Part shown: positions 25,471-37,700 of the stretch, piece by piece
How the letters are laid out: every line of letters begins with the position of its first letter
Numbering within the stretch: position 1 is the first letter of the stretch
Assembly: GCF_006345805.1 (NCBI RefSeq)
Contig: NC_043006.1
Span: 105,828,737-105,892,736 of the forward strand
Source of the DNA: Octopus sinensis
Lineage: Eukaryota
Length of the DNA stretch: 64,000 nucleotides
Direction: 5' to 3'
Notes under the pieces: generated by a model
Told to the model about the DNA's origin: nothing
The model's database searches: none
What the model saw: only the letters and a program-made list of their open reading frames with translations
Program-made: the position numbers and the translations under genes

Positions 25471-26400
25471 TACAAATCAACAAGAGCACTTCTACCAATC
25501 AAAAAAAGTCTTCACAGACCATCAAGAGTATCTCTACAAACCAACAAAGTATCCCTACAATCCAAGAAGAGTCTCCACGAAGCAAAAGGAGATTCCCTAG
25601 AAACCAACAAGAGAGTCTCTACAAACCAAAAGAAATTTCACAAAAGCATCTCTACAAACCAGCAAAAGAGTGTCTACAAACCAACCAGAGATTCTCCATT
25701 TGCCTACAAGAGAGTCCCTACAAAGCAATAAGTGAATCTCTACGAACCAAAAGAGTTTCTATTGGGTTGTCCGGAAAGTTTGTGCCGATTTAACTTTCGA
25801 CTTATTTTAGAACATGGTTGAGTCCATAAAATAGGATTTGACTACACCTCCATTTAGAGCACAGTTTAAGCTATATTTCCGTGGAAGAAGGTTTATGTTC
25901 CTATAACCGGTGTTAATTATGTAACCCTTTAAAATGGAAGATAAGAAATTTCATTTTCGGCACTTGATGCTTTGGGAACCAGATAAAAATTGCTGCATCT
26001 CGGCTGGGATGTGTTACCTCACCCTCCATATTCACCAGATATTGCTCCTTCCGATTTCCACTTATTCAGGTCTTTGCAGAATAGTCTTAATTGTAAAAAT
26101 TTCAATTCCTTGGATGACGTAAAAAGATACCTTGATGAATTCTTTGCCATGAAACCACCTCAATTCTGAGAAGAGGATAATTTCAAGTTAAAGGAAAGAT
26201 GGAGATGCATGGTATAACAAAATGGTTCATATTTGGTTGATTGAAAATGTAATGGCAAGTATTTATTGACCTTTCTCTTTCCTTACAAAAATCGGCACGA
26301 ACTTTCCGGACAACTCAATATAAGCCAAACATTGTATCTCTACAAACCACACAGTCGCTACAAACCAACAATTGTATCTCTACAAAAAATAGCAAAACAG
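25465..26400. repeat. Degenerate CTCTACAAACC-motif minisatellite split by a mariner derivative
   Basis: Many spaced TCTACAAA(C/T)C motifs at 25468-25760 and 26335-26390. Confidence 0.7.
25762..26318 (+). mobile_element. Internally deleted mariner element (557 bp)
   Basis: ~30-bp TIRs TTGGGTTGTCCGGAAAGTTTGTGCCGATTT / AAATCGGCACGAACTTTCCGGACAACTCAA; TA on both sides; transposase start (MEDKKFHFRHLML) fused to its end (SPDIAPSDFHLFRSLQN). Confidence 0.9.
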
Positions 26401-26939
26401 TTTCTAGTTTCTAACCAGTTACACACCATATTGTCCCCCGAAATGGTACAAATAGCTGCAAATGGAACGATTTTGATCATAGGTTCTTAGCATCAGTGTC
26501 ATCTCAGGGTTCAATAACACAGCAACTATCACTAGCGAATTCCCTCAAACGATATGTGTGATTCCCTATGACGTCTATCAAACTGTCATAATGAGTTCTT
26601 GTTGGTTTTTTCCAACTGATTTACTGTATTTCACTGTCCAATCAGCAACTTCCATCTCGAACAACATTTACCACACATACACATCAACACAAATTCACAC
26701 ACTCACACACACAGTCAGCAACGTACATCTTCATTTATTCATCTTCTTACCGTTTTACAAGAGCTGTTTTATTATTTGTTTCCTTTTTATTTATTTTTTT
26801 GGCATTTTCTGATATTTGGTTATTTGGTTATTCCTGCATAAAATTTATTAACTTCTATTCCGGCTTCAGTCAAACTAGCAATACTAGGGAGAGTTGCATC
26901 TCGCCTCTCATCTCTCACATCTCGCACATCGGTTGTACG

Positions 26940-27194
26940 GACATCTGTGTCTATATATGTATGTATGTGTGTGTGTGCATGTGTGTGTGCTTGTGTGCGT
27001 GTGTACATGCTTTAGTGTATATAAATATGTTATGTGTGTGTACATATATTCGCATATATATGTATACATACAAATAAATTATTTTGATATATAAATATAT
27101 ATACATATGTATACACATATGTATATATATATATGTGTGTGTGTGAGAGTGTGTGTGTATGTTTACATATGCATATATATCTGTCATATGCATG

Positions 27195-27258
<64 letters not shown>

Positions 27259-27387
27259 TGTCTATGTGCATGTGTTTGCAAATATAAATATATAAATACA
27301 TTCTTATATAGATACCCCCGCCACACAAATATAATATATATACATAATAGATATATATATTATATATAATATATATATATATGTAGG

Positions 27388-27421
<34 letters not shown>

Positions 27422-27427
27422 AATATA

Positions 27428-27464
<37 letters not shown>

Positions 27465-28544
27465 CACACACACCACACACCCATATATATATATATATAG
27501 CACACACCCATATATATATATATAATATATGCATACATATACAAGCATGTATCAGTATGTGTGTGTGTGTGTGAGCGTGCGTGTTTATGTTTGTAGATAT
27601 GTATACGTGTATGTGCGCGTGTTCATCAATGCCTGTACGTATTCCAGTTCAGGGTTCGGTTCGTCCGATCAGCTAACGTACCTTACAGCTATGACACGAA
27701 ACGTCAAATTAAAAAAAAATATTCATAAAGAAAAAGAAAAATGGAGGAACAAATAGAGAAATAAAAAAACAATTATAAAAGCAAAACAAAAAAGAAAAAA
27801 AATAAAAAAGAGAGAACTGAGGAGCAGAGTGTGTAAAATGTAATGAATATAAAATACGATTGGAATACGTAATGAGAAACAAACAGGATCAGTAAGGCTG
27901 GGAAATGTTATGTGTATAAAGAATTATAAGTGTGTATGCGCTTGTGTCTGTATGTGTACGTGTGTGTGTGTGTGCGTGTGTGTGTGTGCGTGTGTGTGTG
28001 TGTGTGCGTGTGTGTGCGTGTGTGCATGTGTGTGTGTGCGTGTGTCGGTGTGTTCAGAGAGAAACAGAAAAAGAAGTATGTACATGTGCATATATACATA
28101 TGTGTATATACATATATTTATATTTATATACTGATATGTATGCCGCACATATGTATATATATATATATATATATTATATATAATACTATAATATTTATAT
28201 ATATATTATATGTATAATATATATATATAATACATGTATGTATATGTATATATGTATGTATATATAAATATATATATATACACACACACACGCACACATA
28301 TATATGTATATATGCATGTAAGAGAGAGTGTGTGGGGTGAGTAAGAGAATATATGTATGTTCTGGTAGTATATGGCATATATATATTCATTATGTATTGA
28401 TATACATACATATATAGGCATGCATATGTGTGTATGTCTGTACGTACGTACGTACGTATGTATGTATGTGTGTATGTATGTACGTATATGGGGGGAAGTG
28501 TCGGTATACATGTATGCGTGCAGATACTATTATATAGATACGTA
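26940..28544. repeat. (TA)n/(GT)n/(CA)n microsatellite mosaic
   Basis: Simple repeats with short unique spacers. Confidence 0.85.
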
Positions 28545-28644
28545 NNNNNNNNNNNNNNNNNNNNNNNNNNNNNNNNNNNNNNNNNNNNNNNNNNNNNNNN
28601 NNNNNNNNNNNNNNNNNNNNNNNNNNNNNNNNNNNNNNNNNNNN
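28545..28644. other. Assembly gap (100 N)
   Basis: Run of N. Confidence 1.
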
Positions 28645-29095
28645 CTACTGCAATATTCTGCTCAATACCACAGATTTGCTTGTCAGTTGTTTGACCTTAA
28701 CCATTGAGCATTCCCTTAGTGTGACGATATGGCATCTCTGATCACGAGCAGAAGTAGTGGGGGAGCATCATAGCCATGTGTTGAGAGGAATTCTTTGGGG
28801 TTTGGATAATTCCTCTCTGGAAACTAGGATGTTTTGTTCAACATCCTTAAACAACCCTTATTCAGGGACCTTTTGAGCTGGATGGGCTACTCAATCTGAA
28901 GAAAATTCTAACTGGGCCAACCTGCAAGGTCATGCACTGTTAATCTTGATATGAGATCACCATGTTGCACAAATATGGTTGTTTTGCATGAGCCAGGTGT
29001 ACCCTTATCGGACGGGTAATCATGATGTGCATACTAGGCTTCATATATTTTACCCCAGTGTCACTTTGATGGCATGAACTGCTCTCTCACTCAAT
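28645..29095 (+). mobile_element. ~540-bp non-coding interspersed repeat, copy 3
   Basis: Homologous to 12045-12527 and 14885-15420. Confidence 0.8.
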
Positions 29096-29109
29096 CATCA
29101 TCATCATCA

Positions 29110-29148
<39 letters not shown>

Positions 29149-29184
29149 TATTATTATTATTATTATAATAATAATAATTATATA

Positions 29185-29210
<26 letters not shown>

Positions 29211-29215
<5 letters not shown>

Positions 29216-30292
29216 TAACCACATAGGACTGCAAAAATATCTACTTCAGAAGGAAGGAAAACTGATACAATAGCGGCAAAACCGAGCAAAACAAAAAGCT
29301 GTTCTCAGTATTTAAGGAGCTGACAAATACAACAAGAAATCATACCACCTAATAAACATGAAGAAGAAGATGAAGAAACAACAAAGATATAAACAAATGA
29401 AATCCAAACTAAAATAGAACAGCCACGAACCATGATAAAACGATGGCAAGAAAAGCCCCCTTCATGGTAAATACTGGACTAACTAAACGCAAAAGAAATA
29501 GACAAAGAAAAATCCCAGCATGGTTGAGAAGCTCAGGACTCAAGCAGAAACAGAGGGATTTTTAATTGCAGCACAAGACCAAAGCCTCCCCACCAGAAAT
29601 TACCAAAAGATGTAATGAAAAGAAATATTACAAGTAACTGCAGAATATGTGGAGATGGACAAGAAACAATAAATCATATTATCTCTAGCTGCCCAGTCCT
29701 GGCTAAGAAGGAATATATTCACAGACATGACAGAGTTGGAACCTACATACATTGGAAGCTATGCCAACATTATGGAATAACAACAGAAAAAAGATGGTAT
29801 AGGCACACACCGAAAAGGTCACAGAAAACGAGAAAAGCACCCATACTCTGGGATATGCCGGTACACACAGATAGAGAAATTAAGGCCAACAGACCAGATA
29901 TAGTTGTCAGAGATCATAGAAAAGAAAAACAATGCTTTCTAATTGATGTATCATACCGGCTGATGACAAGGTGTCTCTAAAGAAAAGGAGAAACTCTCAA
30001 AATACAAAGACCTGGAAATAGAGGTAACTAGAATGTGGAATCTGAAACAGAAACAATTCCTATCATAGTAGGTGCATTAGGCATGATAAAAAAATATTCA
30101 GACAATACATAACAAAACACCAGGACTTACAAACACATATAACATACAGAAATTGCACTACTAGGCAGTGCACACATCCTACGCAGAACGCTTTCCATAC
30201 AATAACCATCAGAGCATCACAGCACATACCCAAGGCACACAGAGCTGTGCTCGGTAGTGAAGGGAAAGCACGCTATAAAAATAAAACTACTG
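29211..30292 (+). mobile_element. Second 5'-truncated R4/Dong-clade copy in (TAA)n
   Basis: Highly similar to the reverse complement of 16127-17255; CRICGDGQETINHIISSC, RHD, RPDIVV; ends AAAACTACTG(AAT)n. Confidence 0.9.
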
Positions 30293-30619
30293 AATAATAA
30301 TAATAATAATAATAATTTTGGTGCAAGGCTAGTAATTGTAGAAGTAACTCTATTACATCGACACCTGTGCTTCACTGATACTTATTTATGAACACCGAAG
30401 AGATGACAGCATACCAGATTTCAAACCTCTAATATTTTTTTTTACATTTTATTTATCTGCAATCTGTGGTCATATTATATAAAAACTAAAATATTCTGAG
30501 CACAGTTTATTCTATCGACATAAAAAGACTTGGAAATACTGATCCTTGTCATGCAATTTTAGTTTAGATCTCACTTTAAAATTATATAGTAAACGCAAAC
30601 ATTCAGGCATGTTATATAT

Positions 30620-30830
30620 ATAGTCAATCCAACCATGAAAAATCAAGAAAAAGCAACAACGCAGGGACGTGGAATAAGCACAGTGTTATTGGACGCTCAG
30701 GAAAAGAAAGAAAAGAAAGAGGACTTCACGTTTCGAGCGGAACTCTTAATCAGAAATACAGGAAAAGTCCAAAGAAAGGAAGACGGACAAAAAAAATCGC
30801 CAACGATGCACCCCCGGTCACATATTGAAA
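30620..30830 (-). mobile_element. Penelope-type terminal-repeat fragment with decayed minimal hammerhead (30723-30757)
   Basis: Minus strand ATTT-CTGATTA-A-GAGT(TCC)GCTC-GAAA-CGT-G-AAGT; homologous to 41553-41760; (TA)n flanks. Confidence 0.65.
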
Positions 30831-30847
30831 ATATATACATATACATA

Positions 30848-30904
<57 letters not shown>

Positions 30905-30967
30905 CATATATATGTATATATATATATATATATAGATATATATATATATATATATATATCTATATAC

Positions 30968-31013
<46 letters not shown>

Positions 31014-31027
31014 ATATATGATGTATA

Positions 31028-31069
<42 letters not shown>

Positions 31070-31103
31070 ATATATATCTATATATTATATATACTACACC
31101 ACA

Positions 31104-31369
31104 AATTGCAGCGTGGAAGGTGTTTGTAAGCCATTTAAGAAACACACAAAAGCCGTTCGATTCACTTCAACATTTAAGTTTAATTTGTCAAAATATTTTC
31201 GTCGCTAAAATCCGCGACCTGTTCACTGCCAAAATCCGTGCTGCATCTCAGATGCAGCACGGATTTTTGTCAGTGAACAGGTCGCGGATTTTAGCGACGA
31301 AAATATTTTGAATCGAACGGCTTTTGTGTGTTTCTTAAATGGCTTACAAACACCTTCCACGCTGCAATT
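31104..31369. repeat. Near-perfect palindrome centred at 31249; each arm carries a G3-C8 variant hammerhead (31184-31233 minus, 31266-31311 plus)
   Basis: Arms are reverse complements except a 26-nt segment missing from the right arm; motif TTTG(T/G)CA-GTGAACA-G-GTCGC(GGATTTTA)GCGAC-GAAA-ATATTT-TGACAAA. Confidence 0.85.
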
Positions 31370-31447
31370 GTTTTTGTTTCAGCACACGATCTCAGATCAA
31401 ATCACTTGCTATGCGAGTACATCTCCGTAATATATATATATATATAT

Positions 31448-33261
31448 ATAAAATTAATTAAGGGTAGAAATTGATATTTATCAATTAAGACTAGTGGTCT
31501 AGCATATTAAAAAAAGAATCCGAAGATTAAAATATTTATATATACCAATTAAGGACTGAACACGAAAAGTGGACAGTCAACATGCTAGATATAGACGTCA
31601 AATCGCCATTCACCACAAAAGATTATGTTCTCAGATCAAACTCAACACAAAACCATAGCAATAAACAGTGAAAAATATACGAAATAAAATAATTACCCAT
31701 GTACTAAATTAGTTTCAGCTGTTATTTTCCGCAAGGAAACTGCAGCCATCATCAGCATGGTCCGTTATAAATGTAATTTGCTGGACTAGATGCAAACACG
31801 ATACCGAAATATCGCGTGCATGGAGTTCAGCCTATTACATTTGAATATATCTTTCAAATGCCTTTACTTTGGCGCGTTGGAACCCGAGAAAACTAGCCTG
31901 CAGCTAATAATTAGCAGCAGTTAATTTATCGGTTAGAGAACATATTTATTTATATAAAATTAATTAAGCACGCGATATTTCGGTATCGTGTTTGCATCTA
32001 GTCCAGCAAATTATATTTATAACGGACCATGCTGATGATGGCTGCAGTTTTCCTTGCGGAAAATAACAGCTGAAACTAATTTAGTACATGGGTAATTATT
32101 TTATTTCGTATATTTTTCACTTGTTTATTGCTATGGTTTTGTGTTGAGTTTGATCTGAGAACATAATCTTTTGTGGTGAATGGCGATTTGACGTCTATAT
32201 CTAGCATGTTGACTGTCCACTTTTCGTGTTCAGTCCTTAATTGGTATATATGAATATTTTTAATCTTCGGATTCTTTTTTTAATATGCTAGACCACTGGT
32301 CTTATTGATAAATATCAATTTCTAACCCTTAATTAATTTTATATAAATAAATATGTTCTCTAACCGATAAATTAACTGCTGCTAATTATTAGCTGCAGGC
32401 TAGTTTTCTCGGGTTCCAACGCGCCAAAGTAAAGGCATTTGAAAGATATATTCAAATGTATATAGCTGAACTCCATGCACGCGATATTTCGGTATCGTGT
32501 TTGCATCTAGTCCAGCAAATTACATTTATAACGGACCATGCTGATGATGGCTGCAGTTTTCCTTGCGGAAAATAACAGCTGAAACTAATTTAGTACATGG
32601 GTAATTATTTTATTTCGTATATTTTTCACTTGTTTATTGCTATGGTTTTGTGTTGAGTTTGATCTGAAACATAATCTTTTGTGGTGAATGGCGATTTGAC
32701 GTCTATATCTAGCATGTTGACTGTCCACTTTTCGTGTTCAGTCCTTAATTGGTATATATGAATATTTTAATCTTCGGATTCTTTTTTTAATATGCTAGAC
32801 CACTGGTCTTAATTGATAAATATCAATTTCTACCCTTAATTAATTTTATATAAATAAATATGTTCTCTAACCGATAAATTAACTGCTGCTAATTATTAGC
32901 TGCAGGCTAGTTTTCTCGGGTTCCAACGCGCCAAAGTAAAGGCATTTGAAAGATATATTCAAATGTAATAGGCTGAACTCCATGCACGCGATATTTCGGT
33001 ATCGTGTTTGCATCTAGTCCAGCAAATTACATTTATAACGGACCATGCTGATGATGGCTGCAGTTTTCCTTGCGGAAAATAACAGCTGAAACTAATTTAG
33101 TACATGGGTAATTATTTTATTTCGTATATTTTTCACTTGTTTATTGCTATGGTTTTGTGTTGAGTTTGATCTGAGAACATAATCTTTTGTGGTGAATGGC
33201 GATTTGACGTCTATATCTAGCATTTTGACTGTCCACTTTTCGTGGTCAGTCCTTAATTGGT

Positions 33262-33265
<4 letters not shown>
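31448..33265. mobile_element. Hammerhead tandem array 1 (retrozyme-like): ~508-bp unit, one inverted copy plus ~2.5 direct copies
   Basis: HHRs at 31697-31760 (-), 32027-32091, 32536-32600, 33043-33107 (+): CCATG-CTGATGA-T-GGCTG...CAGCT-GAAA-CTA(ATT)TAG-TA-CATGG; inversion junction at 31968/31969. Confidence 0.9.
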
Positions 33266-33317
<52 letters not shown>

Positions 33318-33369
33318 CCTCTTAACATATTATCCCGTATATGTCAAGTAAATACATATTTGTACGAAA

Positions 33370-33520
33370 ATATACGTTCACTGCACTCATTTTTGCCAGC
33401 TGAGTGAACCGGAGCAATGTGAAATAAAGTGTCTTGCTCAAGGACACAACGCGTCACCGGGAATTGAACTTACGATCTTCAAATCGTGAGCCGAATACCC
33501 TAACCACTAAGGCATGCGCC
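33370..33520 (-). mobile_element. SINE family D, 5' part
   Basis: Reverse complement of GGCGCATG..TAGTGGTTAGGG...GTAAGTTCAATTCCCGG...CTTGAGCAAGACACTTTATTTCAC. Confidence 0.65.
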
Positions 33521-33565
33521 TTCACCAGACACACACACACACGCATACACACACATGGAGATATG

Positions 33566-33613
<48 letters not shown>

Positions 33614-33753
33614 ATATAATATATATAACTATATATATTTATTTAAAATTGAGGATAAAATCTTTATAAGAAATTATCAGTAGTTAGCGTGAAAACCTCG
33701 TAAGAGAAAAAATCCGTAAATTTTTCCACTTTGAAAATGTTTAATTATATTAT

Positions 33754-34218
33754 ATAGAGGGTACTACTATTCATAGATACCGCACGCTATGAGGGACCCT
33801 TGCGGTCAAAACTACTAAAATAAACAAATTGTACCGAATGCAAAACTTCAAACCAAGTCATTTAAAAAAGGAATTTAGTTACATATCACCTGTGATTTCG
33901 CAATTAATGCAGAATATGCATTCTATGCTCATCAGTGCAACAAACTCAAGACATAACAAAAAACATAACATTACAAACCCGACAGCCAACCGTAGAATTC
34001 GTCGTAGCATGTACGAATGTTTATCTTTACATATCTATGAAAATGGCGGGCTTATTCGCAATGCACTGCGGTAACAAATTGCTTACTGGGAACAAAAATT
34101 CAGTATCGAACTATTCCGGTGAAAAATATATTTAAATTATAAATTTGTTTATTTTAGTAGTTTTGACTGCAATGGTCCCTCCTAGCGTGCGGTATCTATG
34201 ACTAGTAGTACCCTCTAT
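33754..34218. mobile_element. MITE with ~80-bp terminal inverted repeats in TA context
   Basis: 33747-33830 and 34142-34224 are reverse complements with 4 mismatches; ~310-bp non-coding interior. Confidence 0.75.
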
Positions 34219-34222
34219 ATAA

Positions 34223-34311
<89 letters not shown>

Positions 34312-34320
34312 GTGTGTGTC

Positions 34321-34352
<32 letters not shown>

Positions 34353-34626
34353 AAAAGTAACAAACATCCAATTCACTGGTACGTCAGTTGAATACCCTAT
34401 AAATATTGGTTTAATGTAATTATAAGATAAATTAAATGTAGAGGTCTATATAAGGGAACTCTTATTATGTATGTATACCAGAAAAAAAATATATACAAGT
34501 CGAAACCATTTGTTGGCATCTTATGCTTTTAATAAATGTTTATGTTATATATCATTATGTTATGTGATATTATATTCATAGTATATCATGTGATATACTA
34601 TAAATGAATTATTGGATTGTCAATAA

Positions 34627-34669
<43 letters not shown>

Positions 34670-34721
34670 ATATATATATATATATATAATATATATATAT
34701 ATATATAATATATATATATAT

Positions 34722-37700
34722 ATCAACAATCAAGGAACGGCCATAATAGGCCATTCACCCACTAGAAATAACAGCCAAAGCTTCAACCGCAATAAAATTA
34801 ATTCCGTAAACCAGGAGAAAATTTAAAAAACATTTACCCTGTAATTTCTTATACGATGCACCGTTTCATCTGCTGTTTAATGGTAAACTAACCTGATTAA
34901 ATTAAATCAAACCAATCTTCCATAAGCCCTCAGATTCTTCAGTAAGAAATAGCCCAAGTCGGAACAGATATTTTCACGAGGCATTTCCGACCCTGCCAAG
35001 TAATATCTGACCTAAAATTTTCAAATCGTCGCACTCGCGCCAAATTTATCGGCAGCAAATAAATATAAGCCGTCGATTCCATTACGGAATTAACCAGAAA
35101 ATTCATAATTAATCAATATAGGGTGGCAAAAAAATTTTGTAGAATTTTTTTGCCACCAGCGGCCTAGAGGGAAAAAATTAAATAGTCATAGACCATTTTT
35201 AAGTTCAACATCAACAATCAAGGAACGGCCATAATAGGCCATTCACCCACTAGAAATAACAGCCAAAGCTTCAACCGCAAATAAAAATTAATTCCGTAAA
35301 CCAGGAGAAAATTTAAAAAACATTTACCCTGTAATTTCTTATACGATGCACCGTTTCATCTGCTGTTTAATGGTAAACTAACCTGATTAAATTAAATCAA
35401 ACCAATCTTCCATAAGCCCTCAGATTCTTCAGTAAGAAATAGCCCAAGTCGGAACAGATATTTTCACGAGGCATTTCCGACCCTGCCAAGGTAATATCTG
35501 ACCTAAAATTTTCAAATCGTCGCACTCGCGCCAAATTTATCGGCAGCAAATAAATATAAGCCGTCGATTCCATTACGGAATTAACCAGAAAATTCATAAT
35601 TAATCAATATAGGGTGGCAAAAAAAAATTTTGTAGAATTTTTTTGCCACCAGCGGCCTAGAGGGAAAAAATTAAATAGTCATAGACCATTTTTAAGTTCA
35701 ACATCAAAAATCAAGGAACGGCCATAATAGGCCATTCACCCACTAGAAATAACAGCCAAAGCTTCAACCGCAAATAAAAATAATTCCGTAAACCAGGAGA
35801 AAATTTAAAAAACATTTAACCTGTAATTTCTTATACGATGCACCGTTTCATCTGCTGTTTAATGGTAAACTAACCTGATTAAATTAAATCAAGCCAATCT
35901 TCCATAGGCCCTCAGATTCTTCAGTAAGAAATAGCCCAAGTCGGAACAGATATTTTCACGAGGCATTTCCGACCCTGCCAAGGTAATATCTGACCTAAAA
36001 TTTTCAAATCGTCGCTGGTGGCAAAAAAATTCTACAAAATTTTTTTTTGCCACCCTATATTGATTAATTATGAATTTTCTGGTTAATTCCGTAATGGAAT
36101 CGACGGCTTATATTTATTTGCTGCCGATAAATTTGGCGCGAGTGCGACGATTTGAAAATTTTAGGTCAGATATTACCTTGGCAGGGTCGGAAATGCCTCG
36201 TGAAAATATCTGTTCCGACTTGGGCTATTTCTTACTGAAGAATCTGAGGGCCTATGGAAGATTGGCTTGATTTAATTTAATCAGGTTAGTTTACCATTAA
36301 ACAGCAGATAAAACGGTGCATCGTATAAAAATTACAGGGTAAATGTTTTTTAAATTTTCTCCTGGTTTACGGAATTAATTTTTATTTGCGGTTGAAGCTT
36401 TGGCTGTTATTTCTAGTGGGTGAATGGCCTATTATGGCCGTTCCTTGATTGTTGATGTTGAACTTAAAAATGGTCTATGACTATTTAATTTTTTCCCACT
36501 AGGCCGCGGGTGGCAAAAAAATTCTACAAAATTTTTTTTGCCACCCTATATTGATTAATTATGAATTTTCTGGTTAATTCCGTAATGGAATCGACGGCTT
36601 ATATTTATTTGCTGCCGATAAATTTGGCGCGAGTGCGACGATTTGAAAATTTTAGGTCAGATATTACCTTGGCAGGGTCGGAAATGCCTCGTGAAAATAT
36701 CTGTTCCGACTTGGGCTATTTCTTACTGAAGAATCTGAGGGCCTATGGAAGATTGGCTTGATTTAATTTAATCAGGTTAGTTTACCATTAAACAGCAGAT
36801 GAAACGGTGCATCGTATAAGAATTACAGGGTAAATGTTTTTTAAATTTTCTCCTGGTTTACGGAATTAATTTTTATTTGCGTTTGAAGCTTTGGCTGTTA
36901 TTTCTAGTGGGTGAATGGCCTATTATGGCCGTTCCTTGATTGTTTATGTTGAACTTAAAAATGGTCTATGATATTTAATTTTTTCCCACTAGGCCGCTGG
37001 TGGCAAAAAAATTCTACAAAATTTTTTTTGCCACCCTATATTGATTAATTATGAATTTTCTGGTTAATTCCGTAATGGAATCGACGGCTTATATTTATTT
37101 GCTGCCGATAAATTTGGCGCGAGTGCGACGATTTGAAAATTTTAGGTCAGATATTACCTTGGCAGGGTCGGAAATGCCTCGTGAAAATATCTGTTCCGAC
37201 TTGGGCTATTTCTTACTGAAGAATCTGAGGGCCTATGGAAGATTGGCTTGATTTAATTTAATCAGGTTAGTTTACCATTAAACAGCAGATGAAACGGTGC
37301 ATCGTATAAGAAATTACAGGGTAAATGTTTTTTTAATTTTTCTCCTGGTTTACGGAATTAATTTTTATTTGCGTTTGAAGCTTTGGCTGTTATTTCTAGT
37401 GGGTGAATGGCCTATTATGGCCGTTCCTTGATTGTTGATGTTGAACTTAAAAATGGTCTATGACTATATAATTTTTTCCCACTAGGCCGCTGGTGGCAAA
37501 AAAATTCTACAAAATTTTTTTGCCACCCTATATTGATTAATTATGAATTTTCTGGTAATTCCGTAATGGAATCGACGGCTTATATTTATTTGCTGCCGAT
37601 AAATTTGGCGCGAGTGCGACGATTTGAAAATTTTAGGTCAGATATTACCTTGGCAGGGTCGGAAATGCCTCGTGAAAATATCTGTTCCGACTTGGGCTAT

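Noticed and set aside
27640-27715. GAAACGTC motif as a possible hammerhead
   Set aside because: No CUGANGA-like core, stem II or stem I partner upstream.
34470-34525. GAAAC-CATTT-GTT hammerhead-like 3' half
   Set aside because: The upstream core is unrecognisable; consistent with chance.
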